Origin: Rhynchopus sp. YZ270_cl-10
Lineage: Eukaryota
DNA: 64,000 nucleotides
Assembly (NCBI GenBank): GCA_964035575.1
Contig: OZ037839.1
Span: 186,001-250,000, forward strand
Reading direction: 5' to 3'
Shown here piece by piece: positions 44,806 through 57,779 of this stretch (the stretch's first letter is position 1; every line of letters begins with the position of its first letter). The notes under the pieces were generated by a model that saw only the letters and a list, made by a program, of their open reading frames with translations, was not told where the DNA came from and made no database searches. Made by a program: the position numbers and the translations under genes.

Positions 44806-47409
44806 CAGGTCCAGGTAAGAATAGGTGTAGAGCTGCAGGTGAGAGAACGAGATGACAACATCCTTGTCACACTCAATGTGCCAGCACTCCGTGTGGTAGC
44901 TGTCGTAGTTCTGAAAGCTCACGTTCCCAGTCACATTGTCCCCCAGGTCGTTGTGCTCTTCACAGATGTAGTTCACACCAGGTGCACGTGTGTCCGGCAC
45001 ATCTGTGGGTGGTGATTGAGTGGTCGCATCCACACACACGTAGTCGAACTCAAGTCTTGACCTCCCGTAGTAGTAAGTGCTTCTGAACTGCACAAATGCA
45101 GAACCGTTCAGCACAACATCCATGGGACTGTCGTAATGGTTAAACCTCTTCTCCAAGGTGAAGTTTGTTCCATTTCCAGAATCGTTCCCTGATGTGTACA
45201 GGTCCAGGTAGGAATAGGTGTAGAGCTGCAGGTGAGAGAACGAGATGACAACATCCTTGTCACACTCAATGTGCCAGCACTCCGTGTGGTAGCTGTCGTA
45301 GTTCTGAAAGCTCACGTTACCAGTCACATTGTCCCCCAGGTCGTTATGCTCCTCACAGACGTAGCTCACACCAGGTGCACGTGTGTTCGGCACATCTGTG
45401 GGTGGTGCTTGAGTGGTCGCATCCACACACACGTAGTCGAACTCAAGTCTTGACCACCCGTAGTAGTACGTGCTTCTGAATTGCACAAATGCGGAACCGT
45501 TCAGCACAACATCCATGGGACTGTCGTAATTGCTGAACCTCTTCTCCAAGGTGAAGTTTGTTCCATTGCCAGAATCGTTCCCTGATGTGTACAGGTCCAG
45601 GTAGGAATAGGTGTAGAGCTGCAGGTGAGAGAACGAGATGACAACATCCTTGTCACACTCAATGTGCCAGCACTCCGTGTGGTATGTGTCGTAGTTCTGA
45701 AAGCTCACGTTCCCAGTCACATTGTCACCCAGGTCGTTGTGCTCTTCACAGACGTAGTTCACACCAGGTGCACGTGTGTCCGGCGCAGCTGTGGGTGGAG
45801 ATTGAGTGGGCACCACATCCACACACACGTAGTCGAACTCAAGTCTTGACCACCCGTAGTAGTAAGTGCTTCTGAACTGCACAAATGCGGAACCGTTCAG
45901 CACAACATCCATGGGACTGTCGTAATAGTTGAACCTCTTCTCCAAGGTGAAGTCTGTTCCATTTCCAGAATCGTTCCCTGATGTGTACAGGTCCAGGTAG
46001 GAATTATAGTACAGCTGCATGGTGGAAAACGAGATGACAACATCCTTGTCACACTCAATGTGCCAGCACTCCGTGTGGTATGTGTCGTAGTTGTGAAAAC
46101 TCACGTTCCCAGTCGCATTGTCCCCCAGGTCGTTGTGCTCCTCACAGATGTAGCTCACACCAGGTGCACGTGTGTCCGGCACATCTGTGGGTGGTGATTG
46201 AGTGGTCGCATCCACACACACGTAGTCGAACTCAACTCTCAGCTGCGCGTAGTAGTAATTGCTTCTTACTTGCACAAATGCAGAACCGTTCAGCACAACA
46301 TCCATGGGACTGTCGTAATAGTTGAACCTCTTCTGCAAGGTGAAGTCTGTTCCATTTCCAGAATCGTTCCCTGTGTACACGTCCACGTAGGAAGAGGAGT
46401 ACAGATTCATGGTGGAGAACGAGATGACAACATCCTTGTCACACTCAATGTGCCAGCACCTCGTACGTGTATAGTATCCGCCCGGTCTGAGGGAAATCTG
46501 AAAGCTCGTGTTCCCAGTCGCATTGTTCAGGTCGGTGTGCTCCTCACAGACGTAGTTCACACCAGGTGCACGTGTGTCCGGCACGTCTGTGGGTGGTGCT
46601 TGAGTGGTCGCATCCACACACACGTAGTCGAACTCAAGTCTTGACCACCCGTAGTAGTAAAGGCTTCTGAACTGCACAAATGCGGAACCGTTCAGCACAA
46701 CATCCATGGGACTGTCGTAATTGTTGAACCTCTTCTCCAAGGTGAAGTTTGTTCCATTTCCAGAATCGTTCCCTGATGTGTACAGGTCCAGGTAAGAATA
46801 GGTGTACAGCTGCAGGTGAGAGAACGAGATGACAACATCCTTGTCACACTCAATGTGCCAGCACTCCGTGTGGTAGCTGTCGTAGTTCTGAAAGCTCACG
46901 TTCCCAGTCACATTGTCCCCCAGGTCGGTGTGCTCCTCACAGACGTAGTTCACACCAGGTGCACGTGTGTTAGGAGCAGCTGTGGGTGGTGCTTGAGTGG
47001 TCGCATTCCCACACACGTAGTCGAAGACAATCGTCCCCCACCCTCCTGAGGAGTAAACGCTTCTGAACTGCACAAATGCAGAACCATTCATCACCATATC
47101 CACACCTATGAAGGGGGCTGTATCGGTAGAACGGGTCCAGTAATGTTCCAAGTTGAAGTTTGTGTCGTTGCCTGAGCTGTAGACGTACACGTACATTCCG
47201 TGGTACGGGTCAATAACAGAGAACGTGAGCACAGCGTCTGTGTCACACGCAATGTCCCAGCACTCTGTGTGGTCTATTGCAGTGGAGTCATATTTCACAT
47301 GCCCGTTGCCCGTCAGGTTGTGCTGTGTGTCGCAGGGGACGGACACATCTGATGGAGTGGTCGCAGCCGTGCTTACACACAGCAGCGCTGCCAAGCATGC
47401 GCGCAGCAT
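44806..47409 (-). pseudogene. N-terminal half of a CUB-repeat/WD40 paralog (signal peptide + 6 repeats + partial), truncated
   Basis: ATG at 47409 (MLRACLAALLCVSTAATT). Homology ends at ...YSYLDL (44806) and the frame runs into repeat sequence to a stop at 44776. Could still yield a truncated secreted protein. Confidence 0.85.
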
Positions 47410-50095
47410 TGTCTTTTGTCGTGTCCACAGAATATCTGTTGTTGTGGTGTTGTATTGATCAGGAGGAAATACTCGAACTCTTCTGCACAAATTGATGTCA
47501 TTGAACGCGCTCCCCGTTGAATTGGAGTAGGGGAGTATCAACACAGGCTGTGCATGAAGACAATGAACATTACGAGAAAATGAGAGAGACAGAATGTATG
47601 TCAGAATTACAACAGATGACGCCAATCATTCGATGCAACGAAGCCCGTTGCTTTTAACTCACGTTTAGATTCCACCGAAAAGCGACGAGTTGTGCGTCTT
47701 CGCGACGAAGTTGGGAAAGACAATACTTGTTCCCCAACCTCGTCAGTAGTGTGCCTAAGAGCAATATGTTAGAAAGAACACGTAAGGTAGATCTATACCA
47801 CTGTCGTTGACACGCTGGAACACGCTGTTGAAGATGCGCTGTCTCTTCATCACAAAGACGGTGGTCGGGATGATGTCGTCGCCACATTTGCTACGCTTGC
47901 AGGTGAAGGGATCGCAGGGATATCTACCTCGTCTTCGAGCATATGCACAGTAAAGTGAGGAGGGTGAGTATCGGACTCTAAAAAGGGGAAGCTTTCTTTG
48001 TTAAGCGTCGGTAGTCGACGTCGGCTGGTCTAGGTAAACCCTTTTTTCCCCACCCAAAAAAAAAAGGTTCTGTTTTTTTCGTTCAAGATGGTTATAAGGG
48101 GATTTCACAGCTTTTTGGGGGTGTCAAAAAAGCTTGGAGCAACTCGGTCATGAGGTAAAAAGTTTATTTTACTACATTTGCATGCCCGAAGAGTACTGAT
48201 CACAGGTTTGCACCGCAATCGCAATCAAAGTGAAAAAGATAGTCATCAGGGGAAGTCAATCAACAACTCGGAATTGAAGTGCAGCCGTGTCCGTTGCTGC
48301 AGCAGTGCCAACATTTGGACAAGCACCGTAGTCTGCGTGTCTATCGACACCTTCTCCACACACTCACACGGTCAAGGCTTCTCGAGGAACTGTTGATGTA
48401 CTTCTCTGACTCGTTGATGGGTAACAAAAAATGGGGCAGGGGAAAGAAAGTAGAGTGCGGTGAACGTGTTGTTAAAACAGAGTAAAAAAAGAGCGAATTT
48501 GGGAGAAACACTCTTTTCAGACACAGTTACGGTGGAAATAAAGTATACGGGGTACTGAAGTCCTATCCAATCATGAGGACGTTTTGCGACTTTTTGAGCA
48601 AAAAAAAATCACCCAGAAAGCACCAAAAGCAAAGTATAATGAGGCGGGGTTAATTTTGTTGGGACCCTGGATTTCTGCATCATTGCTCCAGTAAAAAATG
48701 ATATTTCTTTTGGGGAAAAAACTACAATAGAAGTTGTGAGAAAGGAGCTGGTGTCATGTAGGGTGGGAGGAGAGGGCAGGCAAAGGCCAGAGGCAGTAAG
48801 CTTGCATGTTGTCAGTTCTTCTTGAAACCTTGGTTGCATGAATGGAGACTGAATTGTTGCCGTAATCAATTGTGTGTCTCTTTTGTAAGACCGTGATTGC
48901 ATCATATGGTCTGTCCACACAGAGGTCAAAATTCGTAGTACTCTTCATCAATCCTTGGTGTTCAAAAGGAAACAAAAGCACACACGCTTGTCACCTAATT
49001 TTGCTGACAATACATGCCCACCCCCTCCAGAACCCGACCACTAAAAATAGGGACAACAGCCATTTAGGCTATTTGCCTATGACGCACATGATAATGGATG
49101 AGGGGGAGGATTCAAAAGGAAAAGGCGTAAAGACAGATCTATCGTTGGTTTTAAATGTTTAGTTTAGCTCCTCCAACACTTCGTGTATGTTTTATAGTCC
49201 CTTTTGTAAACCACACTGTTTTGTTCTTCCTTTTTGCTTTCAACCTTTTTTATTCATTTACTTTTTGTTGTTTGGGAGACACGCCCTACGTGTCGGTTCT
49301 GTGGAAAGACCTGCGTGCTCCCTTTTCATGTCGATCCATGAAAACTGTATCACAAGTGATACCGGGAAAAAAAAGTTTGTAAATTGCGGAAGACGCAAAA
49401 CAAACTCGCGAACGAAAAAGGAGTTTTTTATGCGAAGTGGTGGTAATGGGGAGAATAAAACATTACGAAAAAACCTCCACTCTCATTTCGCAAGCTTCAT
49501 TTCCGTTTTGGTTTTCTCCTCACACAAAAAAAAAAAGAAAAGTTTATAAGATGATCCTAAGCCTCTCGTGCTGAGTCACCTTTAAAAAAAAAACAAAACG
49601 GGGGGAAAAATCTAACGTACAGTACACAGTCTGTTGATTCTAAAAACTTTTATTGTCCCTTTTGTCAAACTATCTTTGTTTTTCTCTTTTTGTCTATTTT
49701 TCCTGCATTTATTCTCTTCTTTGTACTTTCTTTTGTTTTGGTTGTTAGATACGCTCAATCGCCTATCGAGTTTTGTGAATAGCACGGAACTCCTTTTATG
49801 AGTTCGGAAAGACAGTATCATATGTGATACATAGAAAAATTTGAAAAAAAGGGGCCGCTGAGAAAAATAAACAACGGACGCGCTGTGTGAAAAAACGAGT
49901 GTTTCTCTGCGCGTGATACTTTGGTCGGGGACAATAAAAACATTATGAAAAAAGATCGTTGCATCCCAACTATCGTTTCCACTGCGCTCTAACTACGTTT
50001 CCACTTCGTTCGCTTCTCTTACTCCTAATAAAAGGTTACACACAACGTGTTCAGCCCCAAGAGGAAACAAAGCACCTATCACGCAGCATGCATGC

Positions 50096-52669
50096 TCACA
50101 GCTTCCACACCACGAGGGTGCCGTCACGGCTCACAGTTGCCAGGCGTGTGCCATCGGGGGAGAAGTCCAGGCGTGGTAGCTTATACTTCGAGTGTCCCAG
50201 CAGGTCCTGCAGCACAGACCCGTCGTGCGACCACACCATCACGTCACCCTCGCCCACAGCAGCAATCATCTTCCCGTCGCGTGAGAACTTGCTGTCGTGC
50301 ACAGCACCCGACATCATGCTCAGAGACACACCGTCCACAGCACTGCCGTCATCAATCGAACTCCCGGGCAGCTGCGACACAAGGATCGTCCCGTCGCTCA
50401 TCCCACGCAGGAGCGCGTTCCCACCAAAGGACGAGAAGGACAGTGCCGTCACACGTGCGGCAACAGAGGGCAGCTCAACAGCAGGTATCCCGTCCAGCCC
50501 CCACACAGTCGTCACCTCGTCCACCTCAGACCCGCGCACTGTCGCAAGGTGTGCACCGTCCACAGAGAACCCCACGTTGCGTGCATGGTGGTTGATCACA
50601 GACGACGCCTTCGTCCTGTCCGACGCAAGCATGTCGAACACACGTGTGCGTGCATCCTGTCCACCTCCGCTCACCACGTAGCGCCCGTCCCTCGTGAACT
50701 CCACACGGTGCACAGGTGTGCTCCCCGATGCAGACATGTCCACCAGGGTTGCCTCCAGCACACCTGTCGCAGCGTCGCACACAACCACACGCCCGCCCTC
50801 CCCAGCAAGCGCCACCAGGTTGTTGTCTGGCGAGAACGCAATGTCGTGCACCCTGAAGCCGTCTGCACAGCCCAGCTGTCCCACCCGCACACCCGTGCGT
50901 GCGTCAAACACACGCACAAAACGGTCTGCTGACCCTGTCGCCACACGACGTCCGTCCCACGAGAACGCCACCGACAGCAGGCGTGCAGGGTGTTTCACCT
51001 TAAACGCACACGCCGATCTTCCCTGCCCGCAACGCTGTGGCACTGTGTCCACCCCACACTGCTGCTGTGGAGGAGGTGTCGGTGCTCTGCATTCGTACTG
51101 GAAGGCAAGGTACGACCTCCCCGTGGAGTGAGTGCTTCTGAACTGCACAAACGCAGAACCACTCACCACAAGCTCCACACCTTCTACGCCAGAGGTGTAC
51201 GAGGACCAGTCATGCTCCAAGTTGAAGTTTGTGTCGTTCCCAGTCCCGTTCCCTGAGCTGTAGATAGACACGTAGGAAGAATAGTACAGAACAACGTCAG
51301 TGAAGTTGAGCACAACTTGGTCATCACACTCAATGTGCCAGCACTCCGTGTGGTATCGTTCATAGTTCTCAAAGCTCAGGTGCCCAGTGCCTGTCTGGTC
51401 GCTGTGTCCCTGCTCACAGGGGTGGATCACACCAGGTGCACGTGTGTGCGGTACAGCAGTGAGTGGTGCTTGAGTGGTCGCATCCACACACACGTAGTCG
51501 AACTCAAGTCTTGACCACCCGCTGTAGTAATTGCTTCTGAACTGCACAAACGCAGAACCTTGCAGCACAACATTCCGGGCAATGTCGGAGGGGCTGTAGG
51601 TCCTCTCCAAGGTGAAGTCTGTTCCATTTCCAGAATCGTTCCTTGATGTGTACAGGTCCAGGTAGGAAGAGTAGTACAGCTGCAGGTTGGAGAACGAGAT
51701 GACAACATCCTTGTCACACTCAATGTGCCAGCACTCCGTGTGGTAGCTGTCGTAGTTCTGAAAGCTCACGTGCCCAGTCTCATTGTCCCCCAGGTCGTTG
51801 TGCTCCTCACAGATGTAGTTCACACCAGGTGCACGTGTGTCCGGAACATCTGTGGGTGGTGCTTGAGTGGTCGCATCCGCACACACGTAGTTAAACTCAA
51901 GTCTTGACCACCCGTTGTAGTAAAGGCTTCTGAACTGCACAAATGCGGAACCGTTCAGCACAACATTCATGGGAGTGTCGGAGGGGCTGAAGCTCTTCTC
52001 CAAGGTGAAGTCTGTTCCATTTCCAGAACTGTTCCCTGTGTACAGGTCCAGGTAGGAATAGGTGTACAGCTGCAAGGTGGAGAACGAGATTACGACTTCC
52101 TTTGCACACTCAATGTGCCAGCACTCTGTGTGGTACTTGTCATGGTTCTGAAAGCTCACATTACCAGTCACATTGTCCCCCAGGTCGTTGTGCTCTTCAC
52201 AGACGTAGTTCACACCAGGTGCACGTGTGTTAGGAGCAGCTGTGGGTGGTGCTTGAGTGGTCGCATTCCCACACACGTAGTCGAAGACAATCGTCCCCCA
52301 CCCTCCTGAGGAGTAAACGCTTCTGAACTGCACAAATGCAGAACCATTCATCACCATATCCACACCTATGAAGGGGGCTGTATCGGTAGAACGGGTCCAG
52401 TAATGTTCCAAGTTGAAGTTTGTGTCGTTGCCTGAGCCGTAGACGTACACGTACATTCCGTTGTACGGGTCAATAACAGAGAACGTGAGCACAGCGTCTG
52501 TGTCACACGCAATGTCCCAGCACTCTGTGTGGTCTATTGCAGTGGAGTCATATTTCACATGCCCGTTGCCCGTCAGGTTGTGCTGTGTGTCACAGGGGAC
52601 GGACACACCAGCTGGAGTGGTCGCAGCCGTGCTTACACACAGCAGCGCTGCCAAGCATGCGCGCAGCAT
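50096..52669 (-). CDS. Secreted CUB-repeat (4 units)/WD40 protein, 857 aa
   Basis: ATG at 52669 matches the start of paralog 1. Signal peptide, 4 CUB-like units, same WD40 C-terminus. Confidence 0.9.
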   Translation of the reverse strand: MLRACLAALLCVSTAATTPAGVSVPCDTQHNLTGNGHVKYDSTAIDHTECWDIACDTDAVLTFSVIDPYNGMYVYVYGSGNDTNFNLEHYWTRSTDTAPFIGVDMVMNGSAFVQFRSVYSSGGWGTIVFDYVCGNATTQAPPTAAPNTRAPGVNYVCEEHNDLGDNVTGNVSFQNHDKYHTECWHIECAKEVVISFSTLQLYTYSYLDLYTGNSSGNGTDFTLEKSFSPSDTPMNVVLNGSAFVQFRSLYYNGWSRLEFNYVCADATTQAPPTDVPDTRAPGVNYICEEHNDLGDNETGHVSFQNYDSYHTECWHIECDKDVVISFSNLQLYYSSYLDLYTSRNDSGNGTDFTLERTYSPSDIARNVVLQGSAFVQFRSNYYSGWSRLEFDYVCVDATTQAPLTAVPHTRAPGVIHPCEQGHSDQTGTGHLSFENYERYHTECWHIECDDQVVLNFTDVVLYYSSYVSIYSSGNGTGNDTNFNLEHDWSSYTSGVEGVELVVSGSAFVQFRSTHSTGRSYLAFQYECRAPTPPPQQQCGVDTVPQRCGQGRSACAFKVKHPARLLSVAFSWDGRRVATGSADRFVRVFDARTGVRVGQLGCADGFRVHDIAFSPDNNLVALAGEGGRVVVCDAATGVLEATLVDMSASGSTPVHRVEFTRDGRYVVSGGGQDARTRVFDMLASDRTKASSVINHHARNVGFSVDGAHLATVRGSEVDEVTTVWGLDGIPAVELPSVAARVTALSFSSFGGNALLRGMSDGTILVSQLPGSSIDDGSAVDGVSLSMMSGAVHDSKFSRDGKMIAAVGEGDVMVWSHDGSVLQDLLGHSKYKLPRLDFSPDGTRLATVSRDGTLVVWKL

Positions 52670-53337
52670 TGTCTTTTGTTGTGTCCACAGAATATCTGGT
52701 GTTGTGGTGTTGTATTGATCAGAAGCAATTACTCGAACTCTTCTGCACAAATTGATGTCATTGAACGCCCTCCCCGTTGAATTGGAGTAGGGGAGTACGA
52801 ACACAGGCTGTGCATGAAGACAATGAACATTGCGAGAAAATGAGAGAGACAGAATGTATGTCAGAATTACAACAGATGACGCCAATCATTCGATGCAACG
52901 AAGCCCGTTGCTTTTAACTCACGTTTAGATTCCATCGAAAAGCGACGAGTTGTGCGTCTTCGCGACGAAGTTGGGAAAGATAATACTTGTTCCCCAACCT
53001 CGTCAGTAGTGTGTCTAAGAGCAACGTAAGGTAGATCTATACCACTGTCGTTGACACGCTGGAACACGCTGTTGAAGATGCGCTGTCTCTTCATCACAAA
53101 GACGGTGGTCGGGATGATGTCGTCGCCACATTTGCTACGCTTGCAGGTGAAGGGATCGCAGGGATATCTACCTCGTCTTCGAGCATATGCACAGTAAAGT
53201 GAGGAGGGTGAGTATCGGACTCTAAAAAGGGAAAGCTTTCTTTGTTAAGCGTCGGTAGTCGACGTCGGCTGGTCTAGGTAAACCCTTTTTTTCCCCACCC
53301 AAAAAAGAAGTTTTTGTTTTTTCGTTCAAGATGGTTA

Positions 53338-54276
53338 CAGTCCCGCCTCTAATTAGTGAATTTCTAATTTATAAATTCGACCAAATCTGAAAATATTTAA
53401 TTAGCGACTTTATAAATTAGAACGTCGCTAATTAAGATTTTATAAATTACAGCTTGCCCACCCAAATCCCAGTCTAAATCTCTACCAGACTCTCTGCATC
53501 TTTCTCTCATTTTCGATCATCATGTCTGTCTCCACCACGGAATGAACAAAAAAATGACAGCAGGCTGTCCTCACTGCCCCGGAGATTGTCACCATCACAG
53601 ACAACGACATGGCGGATGACAGAGAAGTTGAAAGTGCCAGCGCCTCACCGTTCATCGGCGGACGCAGGCACTGATGACAGACCGCACGCTGATGTGATGG
53701 CGTGGTGGAATGACGCTCACCCAGGACGCCATATTCCTGCTCCCACCATCTCCAAGTACAACACCCACAAAAAGAGAGCGGTTCGTACTTCACCCAAGGC
53801 TCTTGTGAACCCCGAGGAGCTGAAGAGGTTTCTCAACCTTACGGGAATACCCGCAAGTTCGGCTGGGCCATAACAGCCAATCGATTTGCGTCGCTTGCGA
53901 GGGGGATGGTGGTGAAGACGAGGCGGGACACGCCTCGGTGTAACCGACTCCTGGTGTCCAGGTCTTTTCATCTCGTGGGTGAAATAGACCATAAATAGAC
54001 CATATGGAGGCGAACGGCATGCGCGTACGCACCGTTTTTTACTTCCGTGTATCACTGATTACACACCTCCTTTTCCACATATTCCTCCAACAGAACCCAC
54101 ACAAACCCCGTCGTCACTTGTGCAGGCAAAAAAAAATTTCGGCTCCGCCGGGGAAAATAAATTCAATAACTTATTAGTATTCCCCCGAAAAATAAATTAA
54201 TTCACGACTTTATAAATTAGAACGTCACTAATTAGGATTTTATAAAATAAAACGTTATTAATAATAGGCGGGACTG
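53338..54276. mobile_element. Tc1/mariner(pogo)-like MITE (939 bp)
   Basis: TA|CAGTCCCGCCT ... AGGCGGGACTG|TA. Empty site GATGGTTATAAGGGG in the paralogous block at ~48087. Confidence 0.92.
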
Positions 54277-55540
54277 TATAAGGGGATTTCGAAGCTTTTT
54301 GGGGGTTTCAAAAAAGCTTGGAGCAACTCGGTCATGAGGTAAAAAGTTAATTTTACTACATTTGCATGCCCGAAGAGTACTGATCACAGGTTTGCACCGC
54401 AATAGCAATCAAAGTGAAAAAGATAGTCATCAGGGGAAGTCAATCAACAACTCGGAATTGAAGTGCAGCCGTGTCCGTTGCTGCAGCAGTGCCAACATTT
54501 GGACAAGCACCGTAGTCTGCGTGTCCTTCTCCACACACTCACGCGGTCAAGGCTTCTCGAGGAACTGTTGATGTACTTCTCTGACTCGTTGGTGGGTAAC
54601 AAAAAATGGGGCAGGGGAAAGAAAGTAGAGTGCGGTGAAAGTGTTGTTAAAACAGAGTAAAAAAAGAGCGAATTTGGGGGAAAACACTCTTTTCAGACAC
54701 AGTTACTGGGGGCGTTTAGTATACGGTGCATAAATAAAGCACACGGGGTAATAAAGCCCATGAGGAAATACTACGGTGTCAATAGCTATCTTCACCCACA
54801 CAGGAAAAACGGGAAACGGAACAGCAGGAGAAGTTATTAGTTGTACGCTTCCATCTCTCCTTTTACTTTTTCTTTGAAAACTGATATGTTAACAAAAAAA
54901 GAGCCAAATAGACAAGGAAAGAAAGTGAAAGTCCTGAAGTACAGAAGGTGATGTGAGAAGGGAGGAGCATGAAAACAGTTAGAGCGACCGCAGAATTTCC
55001 CTTGTTCGGGTGGGAGGAGAGGGCAGGCAAAGGCCAGAGGCAGTAAGCTTGCATGTTGTCAGTTCTTCTTGAAACCTTGGTTGCATGAATGGAGACTGAA
55101 TTGTTGCCGTAATTAATTGTGTGTCTCTTTTGTAAGACCGTGATTGCATCATATGGTCTGTCGACACAGAGGTCAAATTCGTAAGTACTCTTCATCAACC
55201 CTTGGTGTTCAAAAGGAAACAAAAACACACACGCTTGTCACCTAATTTTGCTGACAATAAATGCCCACCCCCTCCAGAACCCGACCACTAAAAATAGGGG
55301 TGCAACAAACATGTGTACAACAACAAAAATGGGGGGAAATCTAACGTACACACTCTGTTGATTCTAAAAACGGGGGGGACCGGGATCCACTCGGAATACA
55401 TGTAGATACACAGATGGAAAAAGGGCCAAAGAGTAGTGAATTCAAGTGATGATCAGTTATCGAGAAACATCACTGGTCGTAAAACTTATAATCGGTATAC
55501 CTGGTATAACTTATAAATCGGTACCTACCCCCCCCCCTTA

Positions 55541-56946
55541 GGGGGCGCAGTGGTGTCTAAATCCCTGTACAAATACTGTCACAAACCCATTTTTTTGAAA
55601 TTTAGGTGAAGAAACCCACTAAAAAGGTCGTACCTGGCCGCAAATCGCCCTGGGGATCACCCAAATATCCCATTAAACCACCTGACGACCTCTACAGATA
55701 CTTTCCTGATTAAAAAAAATTGGTTTTTTGTGAAAAAATGACCAAAAATGTGTAACGCTTGTGTAACGCTTTTGGGTCAATTTTCAACACTTTTCAAAAA
55801 AAAATTCTAAGGAGACATTATGCCTTCTAAACACCCGAAAAACACCTCGGTCCACATCCGGTGGGGTCCCAGGGTGGAAATGTATGGTTTTTGGGGCTTT
55901 TAGGGGTCCTGTGTGGGCCCCAGATGTATTCTGCAGTGCCTGAAACGCCTAAAAAAGCAGCATTTCCCTCACTTCTTAGCATGTTTACACACATTAAAAC
56001 CCCCAAAAAATTGTCCACAGGTCCACATAAGTCCCCAAAACCACTCGAAAATGATTGCCGGACCCCACTGGGGGTGGAATAGACTGTTTTCAGATGGTTT
56101 TTGCCCATTTTGGTGACCCCAGATCCAAATTTCTCCGATGTCACACTTCTGTCACACTTCTGTCACACTTCCTAAATCACTATTTCTGGTTCCACGGAGC
56201 ACCTGTAAAGCCCCGAAAACCACTCCCATCATATTTGGGTGAGGTCCGGGGGTGGGAAAATATAGTTTTGGGGCTTTTTTGGCACCCCCAGAAATATTTT
56301 TTTTCAAAAAAAATACTCATTTTACCCTAAAAATACCTGTTCTTTGGGGTGTTCTTGGGATGATTCCCAAATGCCGACCCCAAAAGGGCCGCCGAAAAAG
56401 TCACAGAAGGCCAGAATTCGGCTCGGAATGGATGCGGGGACACCCAAATAGGCAGAAACCCCTACTTCCAAGTTAAAAAAACGCTTTTTTCTGGGCTATG
56501 AGATGCCCCCCTCCAATGTCACACTTATGTCACACTTCCTCATCCCGGCTAAAATGTGGTTTTTACGGCAAAAAAAAAATTCAAAATGTTCAGCAAAGGT
56601 GTACAAAAAAATAGACTTTTGGCCCCAAAACCCCCCAGAAATCGCTCTGTGGACACATCTGAGTGGAAAAAACCTCTTTTCCTCTTGTTTTGGACTATTG
56701 AAAAAAATTGAATTTTTTGATAAATCGCCCTGTCTCAAACCCCCTTAGAAAACGGTGAAAATGGGGTGAAAACGCTACAAAAAGTGTCAAAAAAAGTTCC
56801 CAAAAGTGCCAAAAAGGCATCAAAAAGTAAGAAATAGTCCCACAAATGTGTTTTCTGGGGTGGTTTTGTGTTTTCGGATATTTTTTTTACACTTTTTCAT
56901 GATTTTTTGGGGGGTGTGACAGAAAAAAGGGTCTCACTGCGCCCCC
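55541..56946. mobile_element. TIR element A
   Basis: GGGGGCGCAGTG ... CACTGCGCCCCC, flanked on both sides by TACCCCCCCCCCTTA. Confidence 0.8.
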
Positions 56947-56961
56947 TACCCCCCCCCCTTA

Positions 56962-57762
56962 GGGGGTCCGACTCCCTAGTAAAATTTTGTCCGGTTTTCG
57001 TTTTTTTCAACATTCGGCCATTTCCCGGGCACCTCCGGGCGAATCCTGCCCCCAAAATAGGGTTTCTGGGCCCTGTAGGGCTAAATTCACCCTCTAGGTA
57101 CCCCAAAATATAAAAAAAATTGAAAAATATGGTGAAAAATAGGCTATTTTGGCCTTTTGGGCAACATAGCCGATTTTGACCAAATTTCCAAAAAATCAAA
57201 AAAAAGTCCAAAAAATAGACGAAAAAAGGCGTCTCTGCACACAATTTCGACCCAAAAATGTGTTTTGGGCCAATTGAAAACGGGGTTTCACCCTTTTGAC
57301 ACTTTTTTTGACGTTTTTTTGTGTTTTTAGGTGCAAAAACGTCCTTGGAACACCGGGGGTGTTCCAAGGATGTTCCAAGGACGAGAAAAAACACAAAAAA
57401 AGCGTCGCAAAATTGTCAAAAGGGTGAAAAACCGGTTGCAATTGACTCAACCCACTTATTTCCGTCGAAATTGTGGCCAGAGACGCCTTTTTTCGTCTAT
57501 TTTTTGGGGTTTTTTTTGGTTTTTTTTTTGGAGACACCATTTTTAGTCAAAAACCGGCCATTTTGCCTAAGGCCAAAAAACCGATTTTTCACCATATTTT
57601 TCAATTTTTTTTATATTTTGGGGTACCTAGAGGGTGAATTTAGCCCCACAGGGCCCAGAAACCCTATTTTGGGGGCAGGATTCGCCCGGAGGTGCCCGGG
57701 AAATGGCCGAATGTTGAAAAAAACGAAAACCGGACAAAATTTTACTAGGGAGTCGGACCCCC
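56962..57762. mobile_element. Foldback element B with long near-perfect TIRs
   Basis: GGGGGTCCGACTCCCTAGTAAAATTTTGTCCGG... mirrored over roughly 175 bp or more, TA flanks. Confidence 0.9.
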
Positions 57763-57779
57763 TACCCCCCCCCCCCCTA

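Noticed and set aside
47410..47625. 72-aa N-terminal extension of the ORFs at 47625 and 52885
   Set aside because: Starts at TTG. The ATG shared with paralog 1 directly precedes the signal peptide.
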